Positions 10,583-19,016 of a DNA stretch of 64,000 nucleotides are shown here, piece after piece. Under the pieces are notes generated by a model. It was given only the letters and a program-made list of their open reading frames with translations, was not told the origin of the DNA and ran no database searches. Origin of the DNA: Solirubrobacteraceae bacterium (GTDB taxonomy: Bacteria > Actinomycetota > Thermoleophilia > Solirubrobacterales > Solirubrobacteraceae); the NCBI GenBank assembly GCA_050696495.1, contig JBOGXY010000204.1, forward strand, positions 6,796 to 70,795, given 5' to 3'. The position numbers and the translations under genes are program-made. Position 1 is the first letter of the stretch. The number at the start of each line of letters is the position of its first letter.

Positions 10583-11779
10583 CTACAGGAGTGACTCGAG
10601 CGGGTGGTGGCGTCTGATGTAGTCGCCGAAGAGCGGTGCGGTGAAGTCAACGTAGCCGCGTCGGGGACTGTAGATGAGGCCCTTGAGATCGATGAGGTTC
10701 TGGCGTACGAGCGCGGTGCGGCGCTGGTCGGCGCCGAGCAACGCGGACACCTTCGCGGTCTGCTGCGGGCCGTCGCCGAGCTCGGCTATCGCAGCCAGGT
10801 AGCGGCGCTCGGCGGCGGTTGCCCGGTTGAACCGAGCGCGGTGAAAGCCGCTGTCAAGCTGCTCCTGAGCGATCGTGTCGGCAGTCGTGGCGTCGCGGCC
10901 TGTGATCGGTGTGCTCGCGGCCACCAGCCACGCGTAGCGGCCGTAGGTCTGTAGGAAGAACGGGTATCGGTCTGCTCGGGCGAGGATGAAGTCGAGCGCT
11001 GCCTGCTCGTACTCCACACCCTCTCGTTGAGCAGGAAGCGTGAGCGCCGCTTGGGCGGCGTCCTCGGTGAGTCGGCCAATCTCGACGTACTGAAATAGAC
11101 GCTCCGCATAGGAGCTGGCCTCGGCCAGCCGGCCGGGGAGCTGTGGCAACCCGGCGCAGACAAGCGCCACGGGCAGTTGGCGCTGGGCGATGCGATGGAA
11201 GGCCGCGAGCAGCGCCTGTAGATCCTCCTTCTCGGCGAACTGCATCTCGTCGAAGAAGAACGCGATGCCGCCACCGGCCTCGCGGGCAGTCTCGCCGAGC
11301 TCGACGAGAACATCCTGAAGATCGACATCGAGCTGCCCGCTGTCCCCGCGTCCAGGCGTCGGATCGACGTCAACCTTGAACGTGATCCCGGCGGGCATCG
11401 CCGTGATCGAGAAGCTGCTGATGACCGACAGCGACCTGCGCAACCGCTCCCGCAACCGCTCCCGCACCTTCTCGCGCCGGGCGAGCGACTGTGCTGCCTG
11501 CGCAGCCACCTGGGCCAGCGCTGGACGCAGTGGCCCACGCCCACGCAGCTCGATGTAGCCCGAGCCCCATCCGGCCTCCTCAGCCTCCGCGGCGAAGCGG
11601 TTCAACAGGACCGTCTTACCGACACCGCGCAACCCCCACAACGCGAGATTCTGCTCAGGACGCCCAGCAGCCAGGCGCTTGAGCATCACACCAAAGCTCG
11701 TCTGCTCTCCATCGCGCCCCGCGAGCTCCGGTGGCGGCGTTCCGGCGCCCGGCGCATAAGGATTCAGGACCTCGTCCAC
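10583..11779 (-). CDS. AAA-family ATP-binding protein with C-terminal winged helix
   Basis: NPYAPGAGTPPPELAGRD N-terminus, Walker A GLRGVGKT, Walker B FFFDEMQ, YPFFLQ, C-terminal LIYSPRRGYVDFTAPLF. Confidence 0.9.
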   Translation of the reverse strand: MDEVLNPYAPGAGTPPPELAGRDGEQTSFGVMLKRLAAGRPEQNLALWGLRGVGKTVLLNRFAAEAEEAGWGSGYIELRGRGPLRPALAQVAAQAAQSLARREKVRERLRERLRRSLSVISSFSITAMPAGITFKVDVDPTPGRGDSGQLDVDLQDVLVELGETAREAGGGIAFFFDEMQFAEKEDLQALLAAFHRIAQRQLPVALVCAGLPQLPGRLAEASSYAERLFQYVEIGRLTEDAAQAALTLPAQREGVEYEQAALDFILARADRYPFFLQTYGRYAWLVAASTPITGRDATTADTIAQEQLDSGFHRARFNRATAAERRYLAAIAELGDGPQQTAKVSALLGADQRRTALVRQNLIDLKGLIYSPRRGYVDFTAPLFGDYIRRHHPLESLL

Positions 11780-11786
11780 GTCCCCG

Positions 11787-11837
11787 AGTATATAACTTTA
11801 TATGGTTGTATTTGGTCGGCGCATAAAATCGCATAAA
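11787..11837 (-). promoter_or_regulatory. Leaderless-type promoter of the ATPase gene with AT-rich putative operator
   Basis: -10 TATACT (11792-11787) lies 7 nt before the GTG; imperfect inverted repeat ATATAAC-N8-GTTGTAT; CGCATAAA twice at 10-bp spacing. Confidence 0.55.
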
Positions 11838-11860
11838 CGTAATCTGTGCGGCAGCGACCC

Positions 11861-12019
11861 ATGTTCGACGACCGCGTCGAGAGCCTCAACCCCAGGCCGA
11901 TGCTCCCTGGCCTGACTACCGACGGCATCCGCAACGGCCTATCGAAGATACGCAACCGTGACATCGCAAACGTCCTGCGACGCATCCGCTCGCAGCGCTC
12001 CGCGACGCCGGTCTCGTAA
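11861..12019 (+). pseudogene. Fragment resembling the HATPase_c_4 (RecG-C-like) domain of Schlafen/AlbA_2-type proteins
   Basis: MFDDRVESLNPRPMLPGLTTDGIRNGLSKIRNRDIANVLRR resembles the FDDRIEIxNPG...SxxRNxxIAxxF motif; only 52 codons. Confidence 0.6.
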
Positions 12020-12067
12020 TTCGCGTGGGGTCACGGATGTCCGGGCACTACCGACCGCACTAGATAA

Positions 12068-13087
12068 TTAACGTAACCCGATCCACGCAACGAGCTCCTG
12101 GCCCTGAGATGACAGCGACCAGGCGTTCGTGCGACCCGCGCCGCCGGCGATCTTGATGAGCATTCCGAGACGCTCGAGCCGCGCGAGCAACGTAGATATT
12201 TGGCCGTGATGCGTGACTCCCACTCCGAGGGCGACATCCTGGTTGCTGGCGCCGAGATGGCGGACCACATAGAGCAGGCAAGCCCGGGCCCTTCGTGCGC
12301 TTGCGTGACGGAGCAGCTTGGGTACCGGCGTGCGCGCGCTGAGCGGACGCGCTGCCCGCTCCTCGGCGATAGCTTGATAGCGCAGCTCCCCAAGCCGTGC
12401 GATCTCGTCGGCCTGCGCTCGGCCCAGGAACGGCATGACCGGCACGGTGACCAGCTCCGCCAGCATGCCGATGAAAGGAGCAGCGCGGTTGGTCACCAGG
12501 CGACCGTGCAGTACCCCAAGCATTGAAGCAACGACCGCTTCGGCTGCGAATGCAGGAGGCTGCCTGCTCGTTGGGATAGCCTCGCGTACCGCATCGATGC
12601 GCACCACGAGGGGCGCAAGCAGCTCGACCCGCTGGACCAGCGCCTCGGGAGGCCCGGCAAACGCCTCGACAAGCCAGACGCGAGCGAGCGCCGGCTCGGC
12701 GTCGAGAAAGCCCAGCAGAGACTCAACGCCGGCCAAGACGCCGAGGGGCCAAGATGACTCGCGGTCAAACGCCTCGCAGACACCAAGGACCGCTTGGATG
12801 CTCACCTGGCGCACGAGCGAAGTAAATGCCTGCTCGACGCTTCCGAATACCTCGGAGAAGGTGGCCTGGGATACGGACGCTTGCGCCGTAACGGCGGTGA
12901 TCGTCGTGCGACGCAGCCCGTGCGCCGCCACGATCTCCGCAAGCGCATCGAGCATGCGCGTTCGCTGCAGATCCAGTACATGAGCGCGCGCCCAGGCGCG
13001 ATCGCCGGCGGAGGCGTCCGCAGTTGTGCCGGTCGTATTCAGCAATCTCGGCGCCCGAAAGAGGCGGCACAGAATAGGCCTGTACAC
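12068..13087 (-). CDS. TetR/AcrR-family regulator with additional C-terminal winged HTH
   Basis: QRTRMLDALAEIVAAHGLRRTTITAVTAQASVSQATFSEVF HTH; C-terminal GASNQDVALGVGV..GQISTLLARLERLGML..NAWSLS; start uncertain. Confidence 0.8.
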   Translation of the reverse strand: MYRPILCRLFRAPRLLNTTGTTADASAGDRAWARAHVLDLQRTRMLDALAEIVAAHGLRRTTITAVTAQASVSQATFSEVFGSVEQAFTSLVRQVSIQAVLGVCEAFDRESSWPLGVLAGVESLLGFLDAEPALARVWLVEAFAGPPEALVQRVELLAPLVVRIDAVREAIPTSRQPPAFAAEAVVASMLGVLHGRLVTNRAAPFIGMLAELVTVPVMPFLGRAQADEIARLGELRYQAIAEERAARPLSARTPVPKLLRHASARRARACLLYVVRHLGASNQDVALGVGVTHHGQISTLLARLERLGMLIKIAGGAGRTNAWSLSSQGQELVAWIGLR

Positions 13088-13267
13088 CGGATAGCGGAAC
13101 CATGCTGACGGACTGACACAGATGGGCAGTCAACGTCACAAAGCTCAGGACGTCAAGAAGTGGCAAGAACAAGATTCTTTGTCTGCTTGTTATCTGCGGC
13201 GGATCGTCTACAAGCTCGGGTACCCAGCAAGCAGGCGGCTATGACTGGGCATGGAGGCGATCTTGCG

Positions 13268-14338
13268 TCAGGTGGAGCCTTCAGCGCCGAGTTGTGCAAC
13301 GGCGGCGCGGGCGATGTCCTGATCTTCGATCAGCTCGGCGTCGCGGTCGACTGCCGCGACGAGGGCGGCGTGGGCGATGCCAAGGGTCGTCCGCAGGTTG
13401 CGCGTGGTGCGTGTGCGGTTCAGAGCTGCGAGCAACTCCACCGCGGAAGCGGAGAAAGCCTGGCTGCCACAGGTTGCCGCGACGAGCTGTGTGCGTCGGT
13501 GGAGTATCCGCTCCAGTTGATCGCTAACGATGGGCGGCACCGGGAGCAGCCGCTCGAGTGCACCGTGCTCTTGTCTTGTCTTCTGGAAGCACTCCATATC
13601 AAGATATTCCTCGTGTACCGCGACGATCACGCTGGCATGTAGCGCGGTGAGGGCGCGCAGGACTGGACCGAAGAATGCTTCGATGAGTTGTTCGCGCGTG
13701 CTGCTTGAGCCCTGGCGGCGGGTGAAGCTGTCGGAGTCGTCGATAACAATCACCGGATGACGACCGGCCTCGGCTATCGCTTCGAGCGCGCAGTTGACGT
13801 TTTCGAGCATGTCGCTCGCTGGCCGCTTTAGATCTACGCCTTCAAGTGTGGAGGTGACATCGCCGGAGAGCTCAGCGCTGGCGACCCAAAACTTTGCTGC
13901 AAGTCGCGCGCCACGGCGGCGCTCCTTGCCAGGCAGAGGCTGCCGGTCAGCGGCTGCGACGAGGATCGTTTCGCGCTCTTGGGATGTAAGAGTTCCTGCG
14001 CGCTGTGCATCTCTGACTATGCCCTGGATCAGGTGCGCAGCGAAGCGACGCACGTCGAGCACGACGTCGTCCTCGTCGAAGGCGACCGAGACCCAGATCG
14101 GGGCGATGGCGCATTCGGGATCATCGAGTGCGTAGCGCAACAAGCTCGTCTTGCCGCAGCCGATTGGCCCTAGCAGGCCAAGCCGCTCGCTACTCTCTGC
14201 GGCCCGGACCACGCCGCTCTCGGTGCCTGCTCGTTGCTGGTCGTCGAAGGGGACGTGATAGGCGGGCATGTCGACATGCAGCGGGCTTCCATCGAAGGCG
14301 TGCCTGTCCAGTAGCTCGTTGAGGATCGTGTTGTTCAT
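13268..14338 (-). CDS. Uncharacterised P-loop AAA+ ATPase (Orc1/Cdc6-like lid)
   Basis: Walker A GPIGCGKT, Walker B VIVIDDSD, lid-like RNLRTTLGIAHAAL..AELIEDQDIARA; ATG overlaps upstream TGA. Confidence 0.8.
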   Translation of the reverse strand: MNNTILNELLDRHAFDGSPLHVDMPAYHVPFDDQQRAGTESGVVRAAESSERLGLLGPIGCGKTSLLRYALDDPECAIAPIWVSVAFDEDDVVLDVRRFAAHLIQGIVRDAQRAGTLTSQERETILVAAADRQPLPGKERRRGARLAAKFWVASAELSGDVTSTLEGVDLKRPASDMLENVNCALEAIAEAGRHPVIVIDDSDSFTRRQGSSSTREQLIEAFFGPVLRALTALHASVIVAVHEEYLDMECFQKTRQEHGALERLLPVPPIVSDQLERILHRRTQLVAATCGSQAFSASAVELLAALNRTRTTRNLRTTLGIAHAALVAAVDRDAELIEDQDIARAAVAQLGAEGST

Positions 14339-15357
14339 GTCGGTGCTTTGATCTTGAAGCGGAGTGCGGGGCGTCCGGGTCGTCCTTCGCTGGCCTGCTC
14401 GAGGGTTTGCAACAACTCGGCGGAGTGCAACTGGTGCATCAGCTGACTAGCGCGCTGGCGGCTCGCGCCGAGTTGGCGCAGCATGCTCTCATCGGATGCG
14501 GACGCCGCCCCATGCTCTGAGAGATATTCCACCAGGCGACCAGCGAGCGGCCCGGCGAGGCTAATGGCGTTCTCGACAAGCTCGCGCGTTGGCCCTTTGC
14601 GTGGTGGGACGCCGGCTTGAATGTCGGCGGCAGCGCTCAGGAGCCGGCGCGGGTTCCCCTGTCCGAAAGCCACGGCTGCGTCCACATCCGGCGCTTGAAG
14701 GTCAGGGATGTGGGCGTGTAGGATCCTGCGCGCGTCAGTGTCGGTGAGCGGCGCAAGTATGACGGTGTGTGCGAAGAACGCATCCGCTGGCGGCTCGAGG
14801 TAGAGAGGCCCTGAGGCGCTTTCGCCCGTGAGGATCCAGCTCACTTCCGGCAGCATCCAAAGCTCGTTGCGCAGCGTTCCGAATACGCCATGTGCGACGG
14901 AGGGGACTGCTTCGTCGATCATCAGGCACACGGGGCGCTCGAGTTCTGTGAGGCGCTCGCCGAGCAGATCGATGAGCTCCATCAGGATCGCCGGCTGGAC
15001 GACTGTGCCGAACGGGCCGTCGGGCATCGACAGCGCGCGCAAGTCCTCGAGCCATTGCGTGCGCGAACTGCTCGGTACTACCAGGCGCCCAACACGAGCG
15101 ACGAGCACCCCCAGAAGCCGCGCCGGATCATTGGCGATCCCGCCGCTGATCAACACCGAGTCGTGTGGTTGCGCCCGATCGTGGGCGAGCACCCACGCCA
15201 CATGGTTGAGCAGCGAGGTCCGCCCGCTGCCGCGATCTCCGAGGACGAGCACCGGCTGTTCTGCCTTGACGGCCTCGGTGAGCGAGCGGGCCTCCTCGTC
15301 GCGATCGACGAACCGGCGCTGGTCTGCCCGGGACTGAGCGAGCGGCCTCATAAGCAT
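14335..15357 (-). CDS. Uncharacterised STAND/AAA-like ATPase with variant Walker A and C-terminal winged HTH
   Basis: FVDRDEE, GDRGSGRT, CLMIDE, GNPRRLL, LGASRQRASQLMHQL..GRPGRPALRF; start reassigned to ATG 15357. Confidence 0.8.
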   Translation of the reverse strand: MLMRPLAQSRADQRRFVDRDEEARSLTEAVKAEQPVLVLGDRGSGRTSLLNHVAWVLAHDRAQPHDSVLISGGIANDPARLLGVLVARVGRLVVPSSSRTQWLEDLRALSMPDGPFGTVVQPAILMELIDLLGERLTELERPVCLMIDEAVPSVAHGVFGTLRNELWMLPEVSWILTGESASGPLYLEPPADAFFAHTVILAPLTDTDARRILHAHIPDLQAPDVDAAVAFGQGNPRRLLSAAADIQAGVPPRKGPTRELVENAISLAGPLAGRLVEYLSEHGAASASDESMLRQLGASRQRASQLMHQLHSAELLQTLEQASEGRPGRPALRFKIKAPT

Positions 15358-15390
15358 GGTAGCTATATTAGCAAAATAATTATGCTTATA
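15358..15390 (-). promoter_or_regulatory. Leaderless-type promoter overlapped by 25-bp imperfect palindrome
   Basis: -10 TAATAT lies 7 nt before ATG 15357; TATTAGCAAAAT-A-ATTATGCTTATA (15366-15390). Confidence 0.65.
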
Positions 15391-15455
15391 ACTAGCGTAA
15401 CTGGCGGGGCCACGCGCACCATGAGCCCCCGATCGCGCGGATAGGATGCCAACCA

Positions 15456-17858
15456 GTGGAAACGGCGCGCGGAAGCGACACTCCCGGGCCGATGCCTGCC
15501 CTCGCCCCCCAGGCCTCCGTCGAGATGGACACGCGCGCCGAGCGCAACCGCGCCAACGCCCCTGAGCCAAGCGGGCGCGCCCCCCAGGCGAGGACGGGCT
15601 TCGACGCACCGGCATCCGAGCGCTCTGTCGCCGTGAACCGCCTGGACCTGCTCCTGGTAGCACTTCTAATCGCGGCCGTGGCCACGGTCTACGCGCTCTA
15701 CGCGGTGCGCATCGGCAACTTCCAGAACGACGAGGAGCACTACCTGCAGCTCGCCCGCTATGTGAGCGAGCACTTCCCGGGCGCAATGTGGCAGAGCAGC
15801 CTCTTCACCCGTGGCACGCAGCGCCTCGATCAGATCGTGCTGGCGCTGCCGTTCGGGCTGATGCGCGGTCCCGGAGCTTTCGAGCTCGCCCACGCCATCC
15901 AGAGCCTGCTGTTCGCGAGTACCGCGCTGCCGGTCTTCCTGCTCGCCCGCCGGGCCGGCCTCGGGCGGGCGGCGGGCCTGTTCGCGGCCACGCTCGCCGT
16001 GATCGTCCCCTGGGCGATCGTGAGCACGTCGTTCTTGACGGAGAGCCTCGCCTACCCCACATACGCCTGGACCCTCTACGCGACATGGGCGGCGGCCACG
16101 CGCCCGTCGGCGCGTAACGACGCCCTGGCACTGCTCGCGTTTATCGTCGCCGCCCTGTCGCGCACCGCCCTGCTGGCGCTCGCCCCGATGCTCCCGCTCG
16201 CCGTCGTGTGGCACGAGTGGGGATGGGAGCTGCGCGGTGTGCGATGGGCGCGCCGCGCGCGCGAGCTCCCCGCGCGTGTGTGCTCGCGCCACCGGCTGCT
16301 GGCGACGGCGGTCGGCCTGGCGGCGCTGGCGCTGCTTGCCGGGCAGCTCGGCCTGCTGCCGGGTAGAGGCACGGCGGCGCTGGCGGGGGAATACGGCCTG
16401 CCGCACTTCGAAGCGCTTTCCGCCCTGTACAGCCGCTATGAGATCTACCTCTCGCGCCTGGTCGTCGGCAGCGGATACCTCGCCGCCGCGCTCGCGCTGC
16501 CATGGATCGTCGCGACCGCCGTGCGCCCCCGCGACGGCGCACGCCATGCCCTGGCGGTCACCTGCGCGCTCGGACTGGCGGTGCTGATGCTCTCGCTGCT
16601 GCACGCCGGCCCCGACGAGCGCTACGTACTCTACGGAGCGGCACCGATCGCCCTCGGCGCGGCCGGCACCCTGCGCGGCTGGGCCTTCGCCCCGCGTCGC
16701 AGCTTGGCGACGGCGCTCGGTGTGATCGCCACAGCGGCAGCGCTCACCGTGCTGATCGCCGACGTCAGTTGGCCTGAACTGACGAACCCATTCGACTTCT
16801 TCAGCTATCCGGCCGCGATCTTCTATCGGCGAGCCGCGCTCGATCACCTCGTATCGCTGCAGCTACCGCTGCTGCATTCGGACCCGCAGCCGCTCGTGTA
16901 CTTCGCGATCCTGGCGATCGCCTGCACCTTCGCCGCCCTGAGCCTGACACGGCGAGCGGCACGGTCGGCCGCGGCACTGCTCGCCCTCGGACTGGTGGCG
17001 GCGTGCGCGACACAAACGATCTACGCGTTCAAGAAGTTCTCGCAGACCGCCGGCGCGGCAAGCGGTCCGAACGCCGCGGAGCGCTCCTGGGTCGATCGCA
17101 CAGTTCCCGGCAACGCGCAGGTGGGGGCGCTGGCGATATCGATGGGCCTGACATTCGACTACCTGCCGATCTGGCGCGCGAGCGAGTTCTGGAACATCTC
17201 GGTGCACTACGACAGCTTCATCGGCACTCCCGGCTTCCTGCCGTTCGCGATCGGCAGCGAAGCGCGCCCGTTGACCCTGCTGGCGCCGAGCGGCCTGCTG
17301 CGCGCAAGCAGCGACACGCACTCGGCCTCGCCGCAGCTGGTGCCGCGGTACATGCTGCTTCCCCAGCAGGGCACCAACTCCTTCGGCCTGGACGCCAAGC
17401 TCGTCGCCTCCGACCCCTATCTGCCACTCGAACTGGTGCGCCTGGCGTGGCCGCCGCGCGTGGATTGGTCGATCGGAGGAACGTCCCCGGAAGGGTTCAT
17501 GCCCACCGGGGCACCCGCGACCGTGACGCTCTACAGCGGCGCCTTCGCCGGCGGCGGGCGCCACTGTGCCAGCTTCTCGCTGATCCCGCCTCCAGAAACC
17601 TCGCGGCCCTGGTCCTATCGCGTGAGCGGCGGCGGACGTACGCTCGCCGCCGGCACGATCGCCGGATCGCGCACGGCGAAGGTGTCTGTCGCTCTGAAGC
17701 CGGTCTCGAGCCCGAACGGCAAGAGCGCGGAACTTGCCATCCAGGTCGAGGGCCGGACAGTGACGATCGCAGGCGCGCAGGTCACCACCAAGCTCGCGTT
17801 CTTCTCGGTGGGCCGCTGTCCGGCGACCCACCGAGCCACAGCCCCCTCCCACCGATGA
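15456..17858 (+). CDS. Polytopic membrane glycosyltransferase (GT-C fold, ArnT/PMT-like) with extracellular C-terminal domain
   Basis: First-loop acidic motif FQNDEEHY after TM1, FLTESLAYP, many TM helices, soluble beta-rich tail; TAGGAT -10 just upstream. Confidence 0.72.
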   Translation: METARGSDTPGPMPALAPQASVEMDTRAERNRANAPEPSGRAPQARTGFDAPASERSVAVNRLDLLLVALLIAAVATVYALYAVRIGNFQNDEEHYLQLARYVSEHFPGAMWQSSLFTRGTQRLDQIVLALPFGLMRGPGAFELAHAIQSLLFASTALPVFLLARRAGLGRAAGLFAATLAVIVPWAIVSTSFLTESLAYPTYAWTLYATWAAATRPSARNDALALLAFIVAALSRTALLALAPMLPLAVVWHEWGWELRGVRWARRARELPARVCSRHRLLATAVGLAALALLAGQLGLLPGRGTAALAGEYGLPHFEALSALYSRYEIYLSRLVVGSGYLAAALALPWIVATAVRPRDGARHALAVTCALGLAVLMLSLLHAGPDERYVLYGAAPIALGAAGTLRGWAFAPRRSLATALGVIATAAALTVLIADVSWPELTNPFDFFSYPAAIFYRRAALDHLVSLQLPLLHSDPQPLVYFAILAIACTFAALSLTRRAARSAAALLALGLVAACATQTIYAFKKFSQTAGAASGPNAAERSWVDRTVPGNAQVGALAISMGLTFDYLPIWRASEFWNISVHYDSFIGTPGFLPFAIGSEARPLTLLAPSGLLRASSDTHSASPQLVPRYMLLPQQGTNSFGLDAKLVASDPYLPLELVRLAWPPRVDWSIGGTSPEGFMPTGAPATVTLYSGAFAGGGRHCASFSLIPPPETSRPWSYRVSGGGRTLAAGTIAGSRTAKVSVALKPVSSPNGKSAELAIQVEGRTVTIAGAQVTTKLAFFSVGRCPATHRATAPSHR

Positions 17859-18913
17859 GCGAACATCCGGGCGAGCAGCTTCGGATCGCGACGATCGTCC
17901 CCTCCTTCAGGAGAGGGAGCGGCGGGCACGCGACGATCGTCCGCCTGATGCGAGCGCTGCGCGACGGCGGCGGGCATGACGTGACGCTGTGGCTGGAGGA
18001 CTGCGAGCGACGGCACGCCCGCGAGCGGCGATCCCTTACCCGGCGCAGCTTCGAGCGCTTCTTTGCCAGCGACGGCATCCCCCTGCACACCGACTTCGAG
18101 GATTGGGACGGCGCGGACGTTGTGCTTGCCACCGGCTGGCAGACGGTGGAGCGGGCCGTGAGCCTGCCGTCAGTCCGCGCGCGCGCCTACCTCGTCCAGG
18201 ACCACGAGCCCGACTTCTACGCGACCTCGGCCGAATCGCTGTGGGCTGAGGAGACCTACCGCGTCGGCCTGCACTGCATCGCGGCGAGCGAGTGGCTTGC
18301 GACGCTGCTACGCGATCGCTACGGGGCGAGCGCCAGCCACTTCGACCTAGCTGTCGACCATGCCGTCTACCGCCCGCCGGCGAACGACCGCCGTGAGGAC
18401 GATCTTGTCGTCTTCTACGCGCGCGCGGTCACCCCGCGCCGCGCCGTGCCGCTCGGGCTCGCCGCGCTCGCCGAGCTCTCCGCGCGACGGCCGGACGTGC
18501 GGATCGCGCTGTATGGCGAAAGCGCGGCGCTGGCTGTCCCGTTCGCGCACCGCAACCTCGGCGTGCTCGACGAGAGAGCGCTCGCGGCCCTGTACGCGCG
18601 GGCGAGCGTCGGCATGGTGCTGTCGCTGACCAACCCGTCCCTGATCGGCCTGGAGATGATGGCGGCCGGCCTTCCCTGCGTCGAGCTGGCCAGCGACTCG
18701 ATGCTCGCCACGTTTGGAGCGCAAGGACCGCTGCAGCTGGCCACCGCCGACCCGCTCGCGCTGTGCGCGGAGATCGAGCGCCTGCTGCAGGACGTCGGCG
18801 CGCGCGAGCGTGCCACGCGCGCCGGCATCGAGCTGATGGCAGGCCGCAGCTGGTCGCACGCCGCCGAGCAGGTGGAGCAAGGCCTGCGGCTTGCACTCAC
18901 GCCAAGCGGTTGA
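17855..18913 (+). CDS. GT4 glycosyltransferase, WsaF-like (rhamnosyltransferase-type)
   Basis: GSGGHATI, ATGWQT, YLVQDHEPDFY, FYAR..TPRRA, SLTNPSLIGLEMMAAG; ATGA overlap with upstream stop. Confidence 0.85.
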   Translation: MSEHPGEQLRIATIVPSFRRGSGGHATIVRLMRALRDGGGHDVTLWLEDCERRHARERRSLTRRSFERFFASDGIPLHTDFEDWDGADVVLATGWQTVERAVSLPSVRARAYLVQDHEPDFYATSAESLWAEETYRVGLHCIAASEWLATLLRDRYGASASHFDLAVDHAVYRPPANDRREDDLVVFYARAVTPRRAVPLGLAALAELSARRPDVRIALYGESAALAVPFAHRNLGVLDERALAALYARASVGMVLSLTNPSLIGLEMMAAGLPCVELASDSMLATFGAQGPLQLATADPLALCAEIERLLQDVGARERATRAGIELMAGRSWSHAAEQVEQGLRLALTPSG

Positions 18914-19016
18914 GGGCCTGTACCCGAGCGGGCGACGGGGCCGGTCCATATCATCTGGCCGTGCACATCCGACGGCGCGTCCCGCCAAGACGTTCTCGCC
19001 GGCGGGCACGAGGCCT

